A stretch of DNA of 64,000 nt from Candidatus Spyradenecus sp. (GCA_045535075.1 JAZSKX010000015.1:32001-96000), one strand, 5' to 3'. Positions 20,097 through 30,498 are shown, counted from the first letter of the stretch. The notes: generated by a model not told the origin, from the sequence alone. Numbers and translations are program-made.

Positions 20097-20417
20097 TTAG
20101 TGGGCGATTTTGAGGAGGATGACGCCGGCGACGATGAAGAACGCACCGAGCAGGCGCAGGAGGTTGAGCGCGTCGTGAAACGCGATTACGCCGATCGCGA
20201 AGGTGCAAACGGCACCGATTCCCGTCCACACGGCGTAGGCGGTTCCGACGGGAATTGTTTTTTGTGCGAAATAAAGAAAAACGCCGCTGAGCGTCATGGC
20301 TACGACGGCGAAGGCGATCCACGCGAATTTGTACGGCGAGCCTGCCGCCATTTTCAGACCGAACGGCCAACCGACTTCAAACACTGCGGCGACCAAGAGG
20401 TAAATCCATCCCAACAT
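20097..20417 (-). CDS. SMR/DMT family small transporter (SugE/Gdx-like)
   Basis: WIYLLVAAVFEVGW and IPVGTAYAVWTGIG; four hydrophobic helices; start ATG 20417. Confidence 0.9.
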   Translation of the reverse strand: MLGWIYLLVAAVFEVGWPFGLKMAAGSPYKFAWIAFAVVAMTLSGVFLYFAQKTIPVGTAYAVWTGIGAVCTFAIGVIAFHDALNLLRLLGAFFIVAGVILLKIAH

Positions 20418-20569
20418 GATTTTTCCAATAAAACGAATTTCCGGTTTTGAATAAATCCAAAACAAAGTTTTAGAGAAAGCACTGCTTAAAAATCCGGACG
20501 CATTGCGGGAACGGCAATTCGTTGAAGAATTGAATTTATAGACGCGTTTTTAAGGGTTAGGATTTTTAC

Positions 20570-21514
20570 ATGAAGATTTCGAAGGCTCGAACGGAGAAAG
20601 TTTTTGCGGGAACGGAGGTTTTGACAAGCGTACGCGATTGGGTACGTTTTGCCGTCTCGCTGTTTAATCGGGAAGAATTATTTTTCGGACAAGGAAGCCG
20701 AAGCGCCTACGACGAAGCGCTCTACCTTGTTCAGCGGGTTTTGCATTTGCCCTTGGAAGGACCGGAAACATTTCTGGATGCGCGCTTGACGGCTTCGGAA
20801 ATCGAATCCGTTAAGGATGCGCTCGCACGCCGTGCGCTCGGGCGTGTTCCCGCAGCTTACATCACTAAGGAAGCGTGGCTGGGCGATTATCGCTTTTATG
20901 TGGACGAGCGCGTCATCGTTCCGCGTTCGTATTTCATGGAAATTATTCCGGATCAGCTGATGCCGTGGATTGCCGACCCCGATGCGGTTGAGCGTGTTGC
21001 CGATGTTTGCACGGGCGGCGGCTCGATCGCGATTTTGCTCGCACATGCGTTCCCGAACGCGCAGGTGGACGCTTGTGATATCTCCGTTCCCGCGCTTGAG
21101 GTGGCGACAAAAAATGTCGAAGATTACGGCTTAGTTGAGCAAATTTCGCTTTTCCAATCGGATGTTTTGGATGATGTTCCCGCCGAAGAAAATGCTTACG
21201 ACGTTATTGTGTCCAATCCGCCTTACGAACCGGACGCGCTTCGCAAAACCCTTCCCGAGGAATTTAAGCACGAGCCGGACAATGCGCTGTTTTCCGGGGA
21301 AGACGGCATGGATGTGATTCGGAAATTGCTTCGGCAGGCGGCGGAAAAACTCAAACCGTCCGGGCTTCTCTTAATCGAAGTCGGCGGCTTGCAGGATGCG
21401 CTCGAAGCCGCGTTCCCGCAGATTGAATTCAATTGGCTGGCGACGGCGGACGAGTCCGACTGCGTTTGCCTGATTCAGGCATCGTCGCTGAAGCGTGCGT
21501 TCGAAAAAAAGTAA
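20570..21514 (+). CDS. prmB: 50S ribosomal protein L3 N5-glutamine methyltransferase
   Basis: RFAVSLFN..FGQG, PAAYIT, FYVDERVIVPRS, DVCTGGG and SNPPY. Confidence 0.9.
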   Translation: MKISKARTEKVFAGTEVLTSVRDWVRFAVSLFNREELFFGQGSRSAYDEALYLVQRVLHLPLEGPETFLDARLTASEIESVKDALARRALGRVPAAYITKEAWLGDYRFYVDERVIVPRSYFMEIIPDQLMPWIADPDAVERVADVCTGGGSIAILLAHAFPNAQVDACDISVPALEVATKNVEDYGLVEQISLFQSDVLDDVPAEENAYDVIVSNPPYEPDALRKTLPEEFKHEPDNALFSGEDGMDVIRKLLRQAAEKLKPSGLLLIEVGGLQDALEAAFPQIEFNWLATADESDCVCLIQASSLKRAFEKK

Positions 21515-21524
21515 AAGCCTTGCG

Positions 21525-22304
21525 ATGAAATTTAAATTTCAGATTCTCGGTTCGAGTAGCGGCGGGAACTGCGCTGTTTTGGCGAGCAATGCGGGAACGA
21601 TTCTCATAGATGCCGGTTTTACGGGAAAAAAAATCAAAGACGGACTGAAGACGCTCGGGCTTGCAATCGGCGATATTGACGCTGTTTTTTTTACGCATGA
21701 GCATCGCGACCATTCGCAGGGCGTTCCGGGTTTGTCGTCGGCGAAACATCTTCAGTTTTTTGCTAACCGTCGGACGGCGCGGGAAATCGAATATCGCTAC
21801 AACCGCGCGCTCCCGTGGAATTATTTCGATTCCGGCGATGCGTTTGAATTTCGCGATATGCGTGTAACGACTTTCGCGATCCCGCACGATTCGCAGGACG
21901 CCGTCGGCTACGCGTTTGAAATCGGCGGCGAAAAACTTGTTTGGCTGACGGATTGCGGGAAGATCACGCATCTTGTTCGCAGTAATCTTGCCGAGGCGGA
22001 TCACCTCGTAATTGAATCCAATTACGATCCGGTGATGTTGAATCGCTCCGATCGTCCTGAGGATTTGAAAAACCGAATTCGCGGGACGCACGGGCATCTT
22101 TCCAATGAACAATGCTCGGAATTTCTCGGCGAATACGATAATCCCCGGCTTCAAAATCTGTTTTTCGCGCACATCAGCCGCGAGTGTAATTCGCTTGATT
22201 TGGTCAGAGAAACTTCGCTTGCCGCTATCGGAGCGCGTTGCGGGAACGCCGCCATTGTCGATCCTTGCGCGTTTCTTGCGCCGGAAGCCGGATTCGGATT
22301 TTAA
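21525..22304 (+). CDS. MBL-fold metallo-hydrolase (YycJ/WalJ-like)
   Basis: LGSSSGGN, THEHRDH, IPHD, ESNYD, GHLSN and HIS motifs. Confidence 0.88.
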   Translation: MKFKFQILGSSSGGNCAVLASNAGTILIDAGFTGKKIKDGLKTLGLAIGDIDAVFFTHEHRDHSQGVPGLSSAKHLQFFANRRTAREIEYRYNRALPWNYFDSGDAFEFRDMRVTTFAIPHDSQDAVGYAFEIGGEKLVWLTDCGKITHLVRSNLAEADHLVIESNYDPVMLNRSDRPEDLKNRIRGTHGHLSNEQCSEFLGEYDNPRLQNLFFAHISRECNSLDLVRETSLAAIGARCGNAAIVDPCAFLAPEAGFGF

Positions 22305-22364
22305 AACGGTTTCCGTTCTAAAATTTTGTGTTATTTTCTTTTCCGTCTCGTTAAACTGGAACCC

Positions 22365-23321
22365 ATGGAACGCATTCTCATCATCAAGCCTTCTTCCCTC
22401 GGCGATATTTTACACGCGCTTCAGGTCGTCGAGACCATCCGAGAATGTCGCGGGAACGCCGGCGTCGAAATCACTTGGCTCGTTCGTGATATTTTTGCGC
22501 CGCTTCTCGAAGCTTGTTCGACTGTTGACCGAACGATTGTTTACGAGCGCGGGAAAGGCTTGCGCGGGATTTGGGAATTGGGGCAACGCCTGAAGCGGGA
22601 ACGCTTCGATCTTGTACTCGATATGCAGGGTTTGGCGCGTTCCGCGTTTTGGGCAAAATGCGCACGCGCGCCCGAAAAAATCGGACGCGGAGACGGACGC
22701 GAGTTTTCCCGCTTCTTTTTCAAAAAACTCGCCGATGAACCGGCAAACGGTTTCAAAAATTCTCACGCCGTTGAAATCCTCCTTCAGTTTTTGCCGAAAA
22801 TCGGATTGCCCGCCGAATTGCGCGGGAGCGTAAAGTTCCCGGGAGCAACGCTTTCCGAAACTCTCGAAAAAACGCTCGCCGAAACGCCCGGAAAACCGAT
22901 TTTACTTTTCCCCGATTCGCGCCGCGCCGAAAAAGAATGGCCGAAATTTGCCGAGCTCACGCCTTTGCTTCTCGAAAAATTCCCGGATTCGCAAATTGTT
23001 TGGGTCGGACAAAGCAATTTGAAGCCGCTTTCCGCATGGGAAAACCATCCCAATTTCCTGAACTTCATGGGAAAAACTCGCTTGGCGGACGTCATCGCGC
23101 TGATTGCACGCGCACGTTTTTGCATTACCAATGACAGCGGCCCCATGCATATCGCCGCCGCGATGAACGTTCCCGTGCTTGGGCTTTTCGGTCCGACGTC
23201 GCCGCAACTTTACGGCCCGTTCCCGCTGACGCGCTCAATCAATCGCGTGCTTTGCGCGCCCGACGGCGATTTGAAAAAGCTTTCCGCCGAAACCGTCGCC
23301 GACGAATGCCTGAAATTCTGA
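22365..23321 (+). CDS. Glycosyltransferase family 9 (LPS heptosyltransferase-like)
   Basis: ILIIKPSSLGDI, DMQGLARS, KEWP and NDSGPMHIAAA..LFGPT. Confidence 0.9.
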   Translation: MERILIIKPSSLGDILHALQVVETIRECRGNAGVEITWLVRDIFAPLLEACSTVDRTIVYERGKGLRGIWELGQRLKRERFDLVLDMQGLARSAFWAKCARAPEKIGRGDGREFSRFFFKKLADEPANGFKNSHAVEILLQFLPKIGLPAELRGSVKFPGATLSETLEKTLAETPGKPILLFPDSRRAEKEWPKFAELTPLLLEKFPDSQIVWVGQSNLKPLSAWENHPNFLNFMGKTRLADVIALIARARFCITNDSGPMHIAAAMNVPVLGLFGPTSPQLYGPFPLTRSINRVLCAPDGDLKKLSAETVADECLKF

Positions 23322-23444
23322 GTTTCTAACTCCGACTCAATCAATTCCCGCCCGGCTAGCGCTTTCTTTGCAGAAAGTCGTTCCAGCGATTTAGGTGCGG
23401 GAATGCACGCACAAAACGCTAGCTAAAACCGCTTTAAATAGGCG

Positions 23445-23472
23445 TTGACAACTTTTAGGGGGGGTAAAATGA
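23445..23472 (+). promoter_or_regulatory. Promoter-like element TTGACA-ACTTTTA-G7-TAAAAT (copy 1)
   Basis: 28 bp identical to 35763-35790 on the minus strand; the -10 box ends 34 nt before the PEP-CTERM ATG. Confidence 0.75.
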
Positions 23473-23504
23473 CAGGCTCATTTTAATCTCAATCCTAAAA
23501 TTCT

Positions 23505-24134
23505 ATGAAAAAATATATTCCTATCGTTGCTTGCCTCGTTGCGGGAACGGCATTCGCGAATGCGGCAGACACAGTCATTTTCGACTTCGATGCGACGGAT
23601 TTGACTACAACCGGTTTAACTTCCGTCACGCTTACGGACGAACTCTCGCAATTCAAAGCTACAATCGAAGTTGCTTCCGGCTACACCTTAGTCGGCGGAG
23701 ATTGGGGAACTGCAGGTTCGGGGGCGGAGTACGACTATATTGCTGCCAGTTCGAAGGTCCAAGCCGCGACACTCACTCTTACATTCTCAGGACTTGAAGC
23801 CGGGGAAAAATACGATATTTCCCTTGTTACGGGCGTTCCGTTTGAGGGAGCCGGTTCTTGGAATTCCATGAACACGTCCAACGAATATGATTCAACGGAT
23901 TTGGATCTCGGGACTCAAAATGTTCAGGTTCGTGCCATTACGACTTACAATGTCAAAGCAGTTCTTGCCGATCCTGAAGGGAACATTGAGTTCTCAATTG
24001 GTAAACATAGCGGCGCGCACACGGCTTCGTTCAACTATGCGACGATTACGCCGATTCCGGAGCCGTCGACCTTCGGGTTGCTCGCGGGCTTGGGCGCGTT
24101 GGCGCTCGTCGGCGCGCGCCGCCGCCGTCGTTAA
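23505..24134 (+). CDS. PEP-CTERM sorting domain surface protein
   Basis: Signal peptide MKKYIPIVACLVAGTAFANA and C-terminal IPEPSTFGLLAGLGALALVGARRRR. Confidence 0.93.
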   Translation: MKKYIPIVACLVAGTAFANAADTVIFDFDATDLTTTGLTSVTLTDELSQFKATIEVASGYTLVGGDWGTAGSGAEYDYIAASSKVQAATLTLTFSGLEAGEKYDISLVTGVPFEGAGSWNSMNTSNEYDSTDLDLGTQNVQVRAITTYNVKAVLADPEGNIEFSIGKHSGAHTASFNYATITPIPEPSTFGLLAGLGALALVGARRRRR

Positions 24135-24165
24135 TTTTTTGTGATAGATTAATTCATCTGTTGAC

Positions 24166-24202
24166 GTTCCCGCAGAGCAATACTTTGCGGGAACATTTTT
24201 TT
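24166..24202 (+). terminator. Terminator built from an inverted pair of the dispersed motif
   Basis: GTTCCCGCAGAG-caata-CTTTGCGGGAAC followed by ATTTTTTT. Confidence 0.85.
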
Positions 24203-24531
24203 AGGCGCCTAAAAAGATATTCATGAAAGTTAGTGGTGGCTCGCGGCTTCCCGCGAGCCGATTCTTATTTTTATCTTGAAACGAGAATCAAGAAAATCAG
24301 AATAAGAATCAGGATTAGTTGATTCGTATTTATCATCACTGAGTCCTTTAACCGTGAGAGGTGCAACTCTCACGGTTTTTTGCTTTAGCCCTGAGTTTGT
24401 TTTACCCAAGCGCGCGGGCGCATCCGTGCTTGGTTGTGTATAAGATTGCAGTGTATTTCCGTAAAAAAGCAAGTGTTTTCACGGAAATGAAAGATGTAAT
24501 TTCTTGCTAATTACGAATTAAATCCGCCCGA

Positions 24532-26655
24532 CTAGCGCTTTGCTTTTTTGCCGGCGAAGATTTTTTTGGCGAGCCAAGGCGGAAGTTTGCGCTTGGCGGA
24601 GGAAGCGGATTTTTTCTTCTTGGGGTGCGGAGCGCGAATTTGCTCCATAAAATCTTCCTCTTCCCGTGTGAGCACACCGGGATCTCGCGGAACGGAAATA
24701 CCTGCAAATGCCGAGGCTTTGCGTGTTGTGCGCGTTCCCGCCGGCTTTTCCGGCGGAGGAGTTTGCCATTCCATTTCAAAGTTCTCACAACCGCGCATGA
24801 CGCGTGATCCGAACGCCGTCAGTTTACAAAGCGGATATTCGCCGGAATTTTCGATTGCCAACAATTTTTCCCGCGTGAGCGCGTCCATTATCGCGGCAAT
24901 GAATTCGCGTTTCTCTCCGCGAAGAATTCCGTAGGTCGAAAGTTTGTCGTGCCCGAGCCGAAGCGTTTCGGCGTTGCGGGAACCGACAAGGCAATCAATG
25001 ACACGTTGTTTCCCGAAAATCGCCTGCCAGTCGTCCTGTCCGTTTTTGCGGGACAGTCGGGCGACGGCGCTGAGGATTTTTTTGACGAAGATGAGCTCCT
25101 CGGCATCCGGGCGGCGACGCGTTCCCGTGGCGCGGGCGCGGCAGACGTCGCATTGCCCGCAGGGAACGGCGGCTTCGCTGTCTCCGAAATAATTTAAAAT
25201 GGCTTCTTGCCGGCAAGTGTTCCCGTAGGCGAGGCTGACGACGGCTTCGAGCTTTTTTTCGTCTCGGCGTTGCTTTTCCGAAAGTCCTTCCCATGGGATT
25301 TTGAGTTGCGCGGCGGGAACGTCGGGTTGGAGCAGGCGCGTGCCGCGAATGCGCAATCCGGGAATGTCGAACCGTTCGATAATTCCGTAGCGTGCGAGCA
25401 TTCCGACGGCAGTTGAAATTGCCATCGGGTTAATTTTTTCCCCGCTGCGGCGCAGGATTTCTTCGCAGAGCGCGTCCATTGAAATTTTGACTTCGTTCCC
25501 GTTGTCGGCGAGTTTGCGAAGCATTTCGTAAACGGCGGAGATGATGATGCGCCCGGGATTGGCGCCTTCGATGAAGAAATCCTGCACGCGTTTATCCGAG
25601 AAATTGAAAAGCATTTCGCAATGGCCGGGTGCGCCGTCTCTTCCCGCGCGTCCGGCCTCCTGATAATAGGCTTCGATGCTTCCGGGCATTTCATAGTGGA
25701 CGACGAAGCGAATGTCCGAGCGGTCGATGCCCATGCCGAATGCGTTGGTGGCGACGGCGACATCGGCGGCGTTGGACATAAATTTTTCTTGGGCGGCGGA
25801 GCGCTCGTCGTCGCTCATCCCGCCGTGATACATAACGAGATTGACCTTTTGCGATGCAAGATCGTCGGCGACGCGTTCGACGCTTTTTCGCGTGGCGCAA
25901 TAAATAATCCCCGTGCGGTGAGCGGTGATGATTTTGAGAATTTCGCGAAGTTTGTTCAGGTGAAGCGAGCTGCGACCTTCGTTCCCGCGTCGCGCGCTGA
26001 TGCTGCTTTCGATGTGGCGGATATTGAAGGAAAGATTCGGGCGGGCGAATCCGGCGATGAACTCTGCGGGAGCGCGCAGGCGCAGAGATTTTTGAATGTC
26101 TTCCCGCACGTCGGGCGTTGCCGTTGCGGTGAACGCGGCGACAATCGGGCGTTTTTTAAAGAGTTTTAACGCCGAATCGAGGCGCAGATAATCCGGGCGG
26201 AAGTCGTGTCCCCATTGCGAAAGGCAGTGGGCTTCGTCAACGGCGAAGAGCGAGACGTCGAGCTCTGAAATGGTGCGGACGAAACGCTCGGCGCGAAAAC
26301 GTTCCGGCGCGATGTAAACGAGCTTGAGTTCGCCGGCGCGCATGGCGTCGAAGACGGCGTTTTGCTCGGCGAGGGTTTGCATTCCGTTGAGGCTGGCGGC
26401 GGCGATTCCGCGGGAACGCAGTGCATCAACCTGATCTTTCATCAGAGCGATGAGCGGCGAGACGACGATCGTCAGATGCGGAAGCATGAGCGCGGGAAGC
26501 TGGTAGCAAATTGATTTCCCGCCGCCCGTCGGCATGATGACAAGCGTGTCCTTTCCCTGAAGGATTGCGGAAACGATACGATCTTGGGGCTCGCGAAATT
26601 TTTCGAACCCGAAGTGTTTTTTGAGGACGGTTTCCGGCAAATCCATAATCGGCAA
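24532..26655 (-). CDS. recQ: ATP-dependent DNA helicase RecQ
   Basis: MPTGGGKSICYQLPA, VDEAHCLSQWGHDFRP, TATAT, ATNAFGMGID, YYQEAGRAGRDG, CRQ..YFG..CGQCDVC and an RQC domain. Confidence 0.95.
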   Translation of the reverse strand: MPIMDLPETVLKKHFGFEKFREPQDRIVSAILQGKDTLVIMPTGGGKSICYQLPALMLPHLTIVVSPLIALMKDQVDALRSRGIAAASLNGMQTLAEQNAVFDAMRAGELKLVYIAPERFRAERFVRTISELDVSLFAVDEAHCLSQWGHDFRPDYLRLDSALKLFKKRPIVAAFTATATPDVREDIQKSLRLRAPAEFIAGFARPNLSFNIRHIESSISARRGNEGRSSLHLNKLREILKIITAHRTGIIYCATRKSVERVADDLASQKVNLVMYHGGMSDDERSAAQEKFMSNAADVAVATNAFGMGIDRSDIRFVVHYEMPGSIEAYYQEAGRAGRDGAPGHCEMLFNFSDKRVQDFFIEGANPGRIIISAVYEMLRKLADNGNEVKISMDALCEEILRRSGEKINPMAISTAVGMLARYGIIERFDIPGLRIRGTRLLQPDVPAAQLKIPWEGLSEKQRRDEKKLEAVVSLAYGNTCRQEAILNYFGDSEAAVPCGQCDVCRARATGTRRRPDAEELIFVKKILSAVARLSRKNGQDDWQAIFGKQRVIDCLVGSRNAETLRLGHDKLSTYGILRGEKREFIAAIMDALTREKLLAIENSGEYPLCKLTAFGSRVMRGCENFEMEWQTPPPEKPAGTRTTRKASAFAGISVPRDPGVLTREEEDFMEQIRAPHPKKKKSASSAKRKLPPWLAKKIFAGKKAKR

Positions 26656-26789
26656 AGCCTAGCGGCGTTTGCGCCTGCGTTAAAGAAAAATGAAGCCGAT
26701 TCCGTGGCAATCGCGGGAACGCCTTTTGAGCGTCAGTATTGTTTTCCCGCGCTTGCAATTCGATGTGAAAAGTTTTGGAATTTGGGTTA

Positions 26790-28427
26790 ATGAAATTCGA
26801 CATCATCGTTATCGGAAGCGGGATTGCGGGTTTGAGTTTTGCAATCAAATCGGCGGCGGGCGGTTTGCGTGTCGCCGTTGTTACCAAAAAGGCTTCCTCC
26901 GAATCGAATACCAATCACGCTCAGGGCGGAATCGCCTGTGTTTACGACCAAGCGGACGATTTTGAAAATCATGTACGTGATACTTTGATTGCCGGCGACG
27001 GTTTATGTGACGAAGCGGCGACGCGTGCGATTGTGAGCGCCGCGCCGGAGCGTATTCGGGAACTGATTGAAATCGGGGTAAAGTTTTCCCGCGGGAACGA
27101 CGGCGGGTATGATTTGACGCGGGAAGGCGGACATTCGTTCCGACGCATTCTCCACGCGGACGATCTGACGGGAAAGGCGATTGAAGACGCGTTGTTATCC
27201 GTTGCCGGGAACAATCCCAACATCCGCTTCTTTGAGTATCATATGGCGCTTGACCTCATTACGGCGGCGCGCCTGCCGGGATCGAAAATCGCGACGAATT
27301 CTCCCGAAAATCGAGTGCTAGGCGCTTACGTGCTTGAAGTCGGCACCGGAAAGGTGAAAACGTTTCGTGCGGATGCCGTTGTGCTCGCTTCCGGCGGGAT
27401 CGGGCAAGTTTACCAGTACACGACGAATCCGGACATCGCGACGGGCGACGGTATTGCGATGGCGTATCGCGCGGGAGCGCTTGTTCGAAACATGGAATTT
27501 GTCCAGTTTCACCCGACGGCCCTCTACGCGCCGGACGGTTCCCGCGAGTTGATTTCGGAGTCTGTTCGCGGCGAGGGCGCGATTTTGCGCGATATTTCCG
27601 GGCGCGCGTTTATGAAGGATTACGACGAACGCGGAGACTTGGCGCCACGCGACATTGTGGCGCGTGCGATTGATTCCGAAATGAAAAAATCCGGAGCTCC
27701 GCACGTTTGGTTAGACATCACGCATAAGCCGGCGGACTACCTGCGGGAACGTTTCCCGCATATTTACAAAACCTGCCTCGCGCACGGAATCGATATGGCA
27801 AAAGACCGCATTCCGGTTGTTCCCGCGGCTCATTATCTCTGCGGCGGCGTGAAAACGAATATGCGCGCGGAAACGAATTTGCGCGGGCTTTATGCTTGCG
27901 GCGAAACGGCGGGAACGGGGCTTCACGGCGCCAATCGACTGGCCTCGAATTCCCTTTTGGAGGCCGTAGTCCTAGCGCACAACGGCGCGCATGCCGCTTG
28001 CGAATATTTACGAAAATGCGAAAAAGGAAACACGATTGACGTGCCCGAATGGCAGGACGGAAGCGTGTCCGATTCCGACGAACGCGTTATTCTTTCGCAC
28101 AATTGGAGCGAATTACGCCACACGATGTGGGATTACGTTGGCATTGTCCGCACAACGAAACGTCTTCACCGGGCACTGCGCCGCGTCCAAATGTTGAAGA
28201 AGGAAATCAACGAATATTATTGGGACTTTAAGGTCGAGGCGCGCCTGCTTGAGTTGCGGAATTTGGTTCAGGTTGCCGAAATTATTATTCTTTGTGCGCT
28301 TCAGCGGCATGAGTCGCGAGGCTTGCATTGCACGCGCGATTATCCGAACAAGTCTGACGAAATTTACGACTCGACGGCGTTGCATCCGGATTTGCAGCCG
28401 GGCGAACGCGCCGGGAATAAGTTGTAG
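26790..28427 (+). CDS. nadB: L-aspartate oxidase
   Basis: IGSGIAGL, AQGGIA, EGGHS, QFHPT, ISESVRGEG, AAHYLCGG, GLHGANRLASNSLLE and ESRGLH. Confidence 0.95.
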   Translation: MKFDIIVIGSGIAGLSFAIKSAAGGLRVAVVTKKASSESNTNHAQGGIACVYDQADDFENHVRDTLIAGDGLCDEAATRAIVSAAPERIRELIEIGVKFSRGNDGGYDLTREGGHSFRRILHADDLTGKAIEDALLSVAGNNPNIRFFEYHMALDLITAARLPGSKIATNSPENRVLGAYVLEVGTGKVKTFRADAVVLASGGIGQVYQYTTNPDIATGDGIAMAYRAGALVRNMEFVQFHPTALYAPDGSRELISESVRGEGAILRDISGRAFMKDYDERGDLAPRDIVARAIDSEMKKSGAPHVWLDITHKPADYLRERFPHIYKTCLAHGIDMAKDRIPVVPAAHYLCGGVKTNMRAETNLRGLYACGETAGTGLHGANRLASNSLLEAVVLAHNGAHAACEYLRKCEKGNTIDVPEWQDGSVSDSDERVILSHNWSELRHTMWDYVGIVRTTKRLHRALRRVQMLKKEINEYYWDFKVEARLLELRNLVQVAEIIILCALQRHESRGLHCTRDYPNKSDEIYDSTALHPDLQPGERAGNKL

Positions 28428-28517
28428 CTTGTCCGTAAAGGCTTTTTCGGTTAGAAATAATCCGAAAGCGGCGTTCCCGCAGTTCGTATCTCCAAGCAAA
28501 ATTACTTTTATAAATCT

Positions 28518-29618
28518 ATGAACGCATCTCTGATTGCTAAGCAATTCGACGTCGCCGGGCGCCTCGTCGCAGTTGAACCTTTCGGTTCCGGCAACATTAA
28601 CGACACTTATCGAGTCATCTTCCGGACGACATTTTCCGAAGTTCGATTTATCCTCCAACGCGTGCGCCGCAACGTGTTCCCGCATCCGGAATACATTATG
28701 GAAAATATGCGCAGAGTTACGGATGTCTGCCACGAAAAGCTGGAGGAAATCAATGAATTTTCGGATCGTATTTGGCAGATGCCGAAGATTATTCCGACTC
28801 GGGAAGGAAAAGATTTTTACATCGACGGCTCCGGCGATTTGTGGCGCGCGATTTCGAATATCGCGTCTGCAGTTTCTTATGAAAAAGTGCAGAGCCCGGA
28901 TCACGCATTCGAGGCGGGAACCGTGCTCGGGTGTTTCCAAAATCTTATCAGCGATATCCCTTGCGAGGAGCTTAAGTACGTTATTGAAAATTTCCACATT
29001 ACGCCGAGCTATCTTGAACAACTGGACGCTGCGCTGAAAACGCCGCTCGCACAGGAATTGCTGGCTCATTCCCGCGAAGCCCGCAACTGCCTCCGCCTAA
29101 TCGAAGAACGCCGCGATTTCTGTCACACGTTTGAAAACGCAAAAAAATCCGGAGAATTGAAACTGCGCCCGACGCACGGCGACCCGAAGGTCGCAAATAT
29201 CCTTATCGATACGGCAACGGGCAAGGGAATCTGTATCGTCGATTTGGATACAATTCAGCCCGGTCTTGTTCATGCCGATATCGGCGACGCCGTGCGCTCC
29301 GCCTGTAACCCTGCCGGCGAAGATGCCATGGATTTACATTCCGTTTTCTTTGACACGGATCTTTTTTCCGCATTCTATCGCGGATACATGCGCCATGCGA
29401 AAAAGTTCTTCACCGAGGCGGATTATAAATATCTTTTCGATTCCGTGCGCATCCTGCCGCTCGAACTCGGATTGCGGTTCTTCGCCGACTATCTTGCCGG
29501 AGACGTCTATTTCAAAACGCGTTACAAAGAACACAATCTCAAGCGTGCGCTCGTTCAATTAAAGCTCATGGAAAGCATCGAGTCCCGCGAGTCGCAGATT
29601 CGCAAGGTTATCGGTTAA
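28518..29618 (+). CDS. APH-superfamily phosphotransferase (N-acetylhexosamine-1-kinase-like)
   Basis: GSGNINDTY, HGDPKVANIL, DLDT and RFFADYLAGDVYFK. Confidence 0.85.
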   Translation: MNASLIAKQFDVAGRLVAVEPFGSGNINDTYRVIFRTTFSEVRFILQRVRRNVFPHPEYIMENMRRVTDVCHEKLEEINEFSDRIWQMPKIIPTREGKDFYIDGSGDLWRAISNIASAVSYEKVQSPDHAFEAGTVLGCFQNLISDIPCEELKYVIENFHITPSYLEQLDAALKTPLAQELLAHSREARNCLRLIEERRDFCHTFENAKKSGELKLRPTHGDPKVANILIDTATGKGICIVDLDTIQPGLVHADIGDAVRSACNPAGEDAMDLHSVFFDTDLFSAFYRGYMRHAKKFFTEADYKYLFDSVRILPLELGLRFFADYLAGDVYFKTRYKEHNLKRALVQLKLMESIESRESQIRKVIG

Positions 29619-29631
29619 TCGTTCCCGCAAC

Positions 29632-30498
29632 ATGCTGTTGCTTGCCGAAAACACGACTTCAAATTCACCCGCGAGTTATTGGCTTGCGGGTGTTTTTGCA
29701 CTCGTGTTTTTGGCGATTTTGTTTGTGAACTCCTGGCGCGGCTATTGGCGAGGTCCGATTCGCAGCGTTGCGCCGCTTGTCGCTTTCGCCTTCGCGGGAA
29801 CGCTTGCATGGCTTTTCGGCGCAGATTTGGGATTCGCGTTTCTCGGAAAATTCGGCATTCCGTGGGTATTGCGCGGGATTTTCGGCGTGTTAATCACGGG
29901 AATGCTTGTTTGGCTTCCTGTGTTCAGCCTGCTTTGGATGTGGGGAAAAAAGGATGTTTCCGAGAAAACCGGAGAACCGGAATCGCCGGTGCTCGGAGCG
30001 TGCGTCGGATGCTGGGCCGGATTTTTCTGGATCGGGGTTTGCGTGTTGGTGCTGACTTCCGTAGGCGCACTCGGCGAAGCGCTTTTGTCCGCTTCCCGCA
30101 ATAGAAAACAGGGAGCGTGGACGGCGATTTGCCGCGGTGCGGCATGCGCGCGCGGCTCCGTCGGGCTACTTCCCGGATTTTCTTTTGCCGCGAGCTGGAA
30201 TCCGCTTCCCGAAAGCGTGGTGCGCAAAATCGATAAATTATCTGCTGTCCTTTCCGATAGAAACTCCGCCAAAAAATTCATTTATACCGCAGAAGTACAG
30301 TCCGTCCTTTCGCTGCCCGCCGTTTATCCGATTGTAAATTCTCCGAGAATCCAGCAAATGCTTGACGCTCACGATGTTGACGGGATTCTTTCCGATCCCG
30401 AAATCAGCAAAATGCTCGACGACGAAGACTTCCGCCAAGCTTTGTCCGAAATCGATTTTGAGCGCCTTTTAGACCAAATCTTGGAGGCAAAACCGTAG
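29632..30498 (+). CDS. CvpA-like membrane protein
   Basis: WRGYWRG motif, four hydrophobic segments and a soluble C-terminal domain. Confidence 0.6.
   Translation: MLLLAENTTSNSPASYWLAGVFALVFLAILFVNSWRGYWRGPIRSVAPLVAFAFAGTLAWLFGADLGFAFLGKFGIPWVLRGIFGVLITGMLVWLPVFSLLWMWGKKDVSEKTGEPESPVLGACVGCWAGFFWIGVCVLVLTSVGALGEALLSASRNRKQGAWTAICRGAACARGSVGLLPGFSFAASWNPLPESVVRKIDKLSAVLSDRNSAKKFIYTAEVQSVLSLPAVYPIVNSPRIQQMLDAHDVDGILSDPEISKMLDDEDFRQALSEIDFERLLDQILEAKP

Noticed and set aside
20418..20569. Guanidine riboswitch upstream of the SMR gene
   Set aside because: No paired ACGR-loop hairpins or ykkC-type consensus on the coding strand.
24230..24472. 80-aa minus-strand ORF in an AT-rich gap
   Set aside because: TTG start, no motifs; may be a remnant but cannot be supported.
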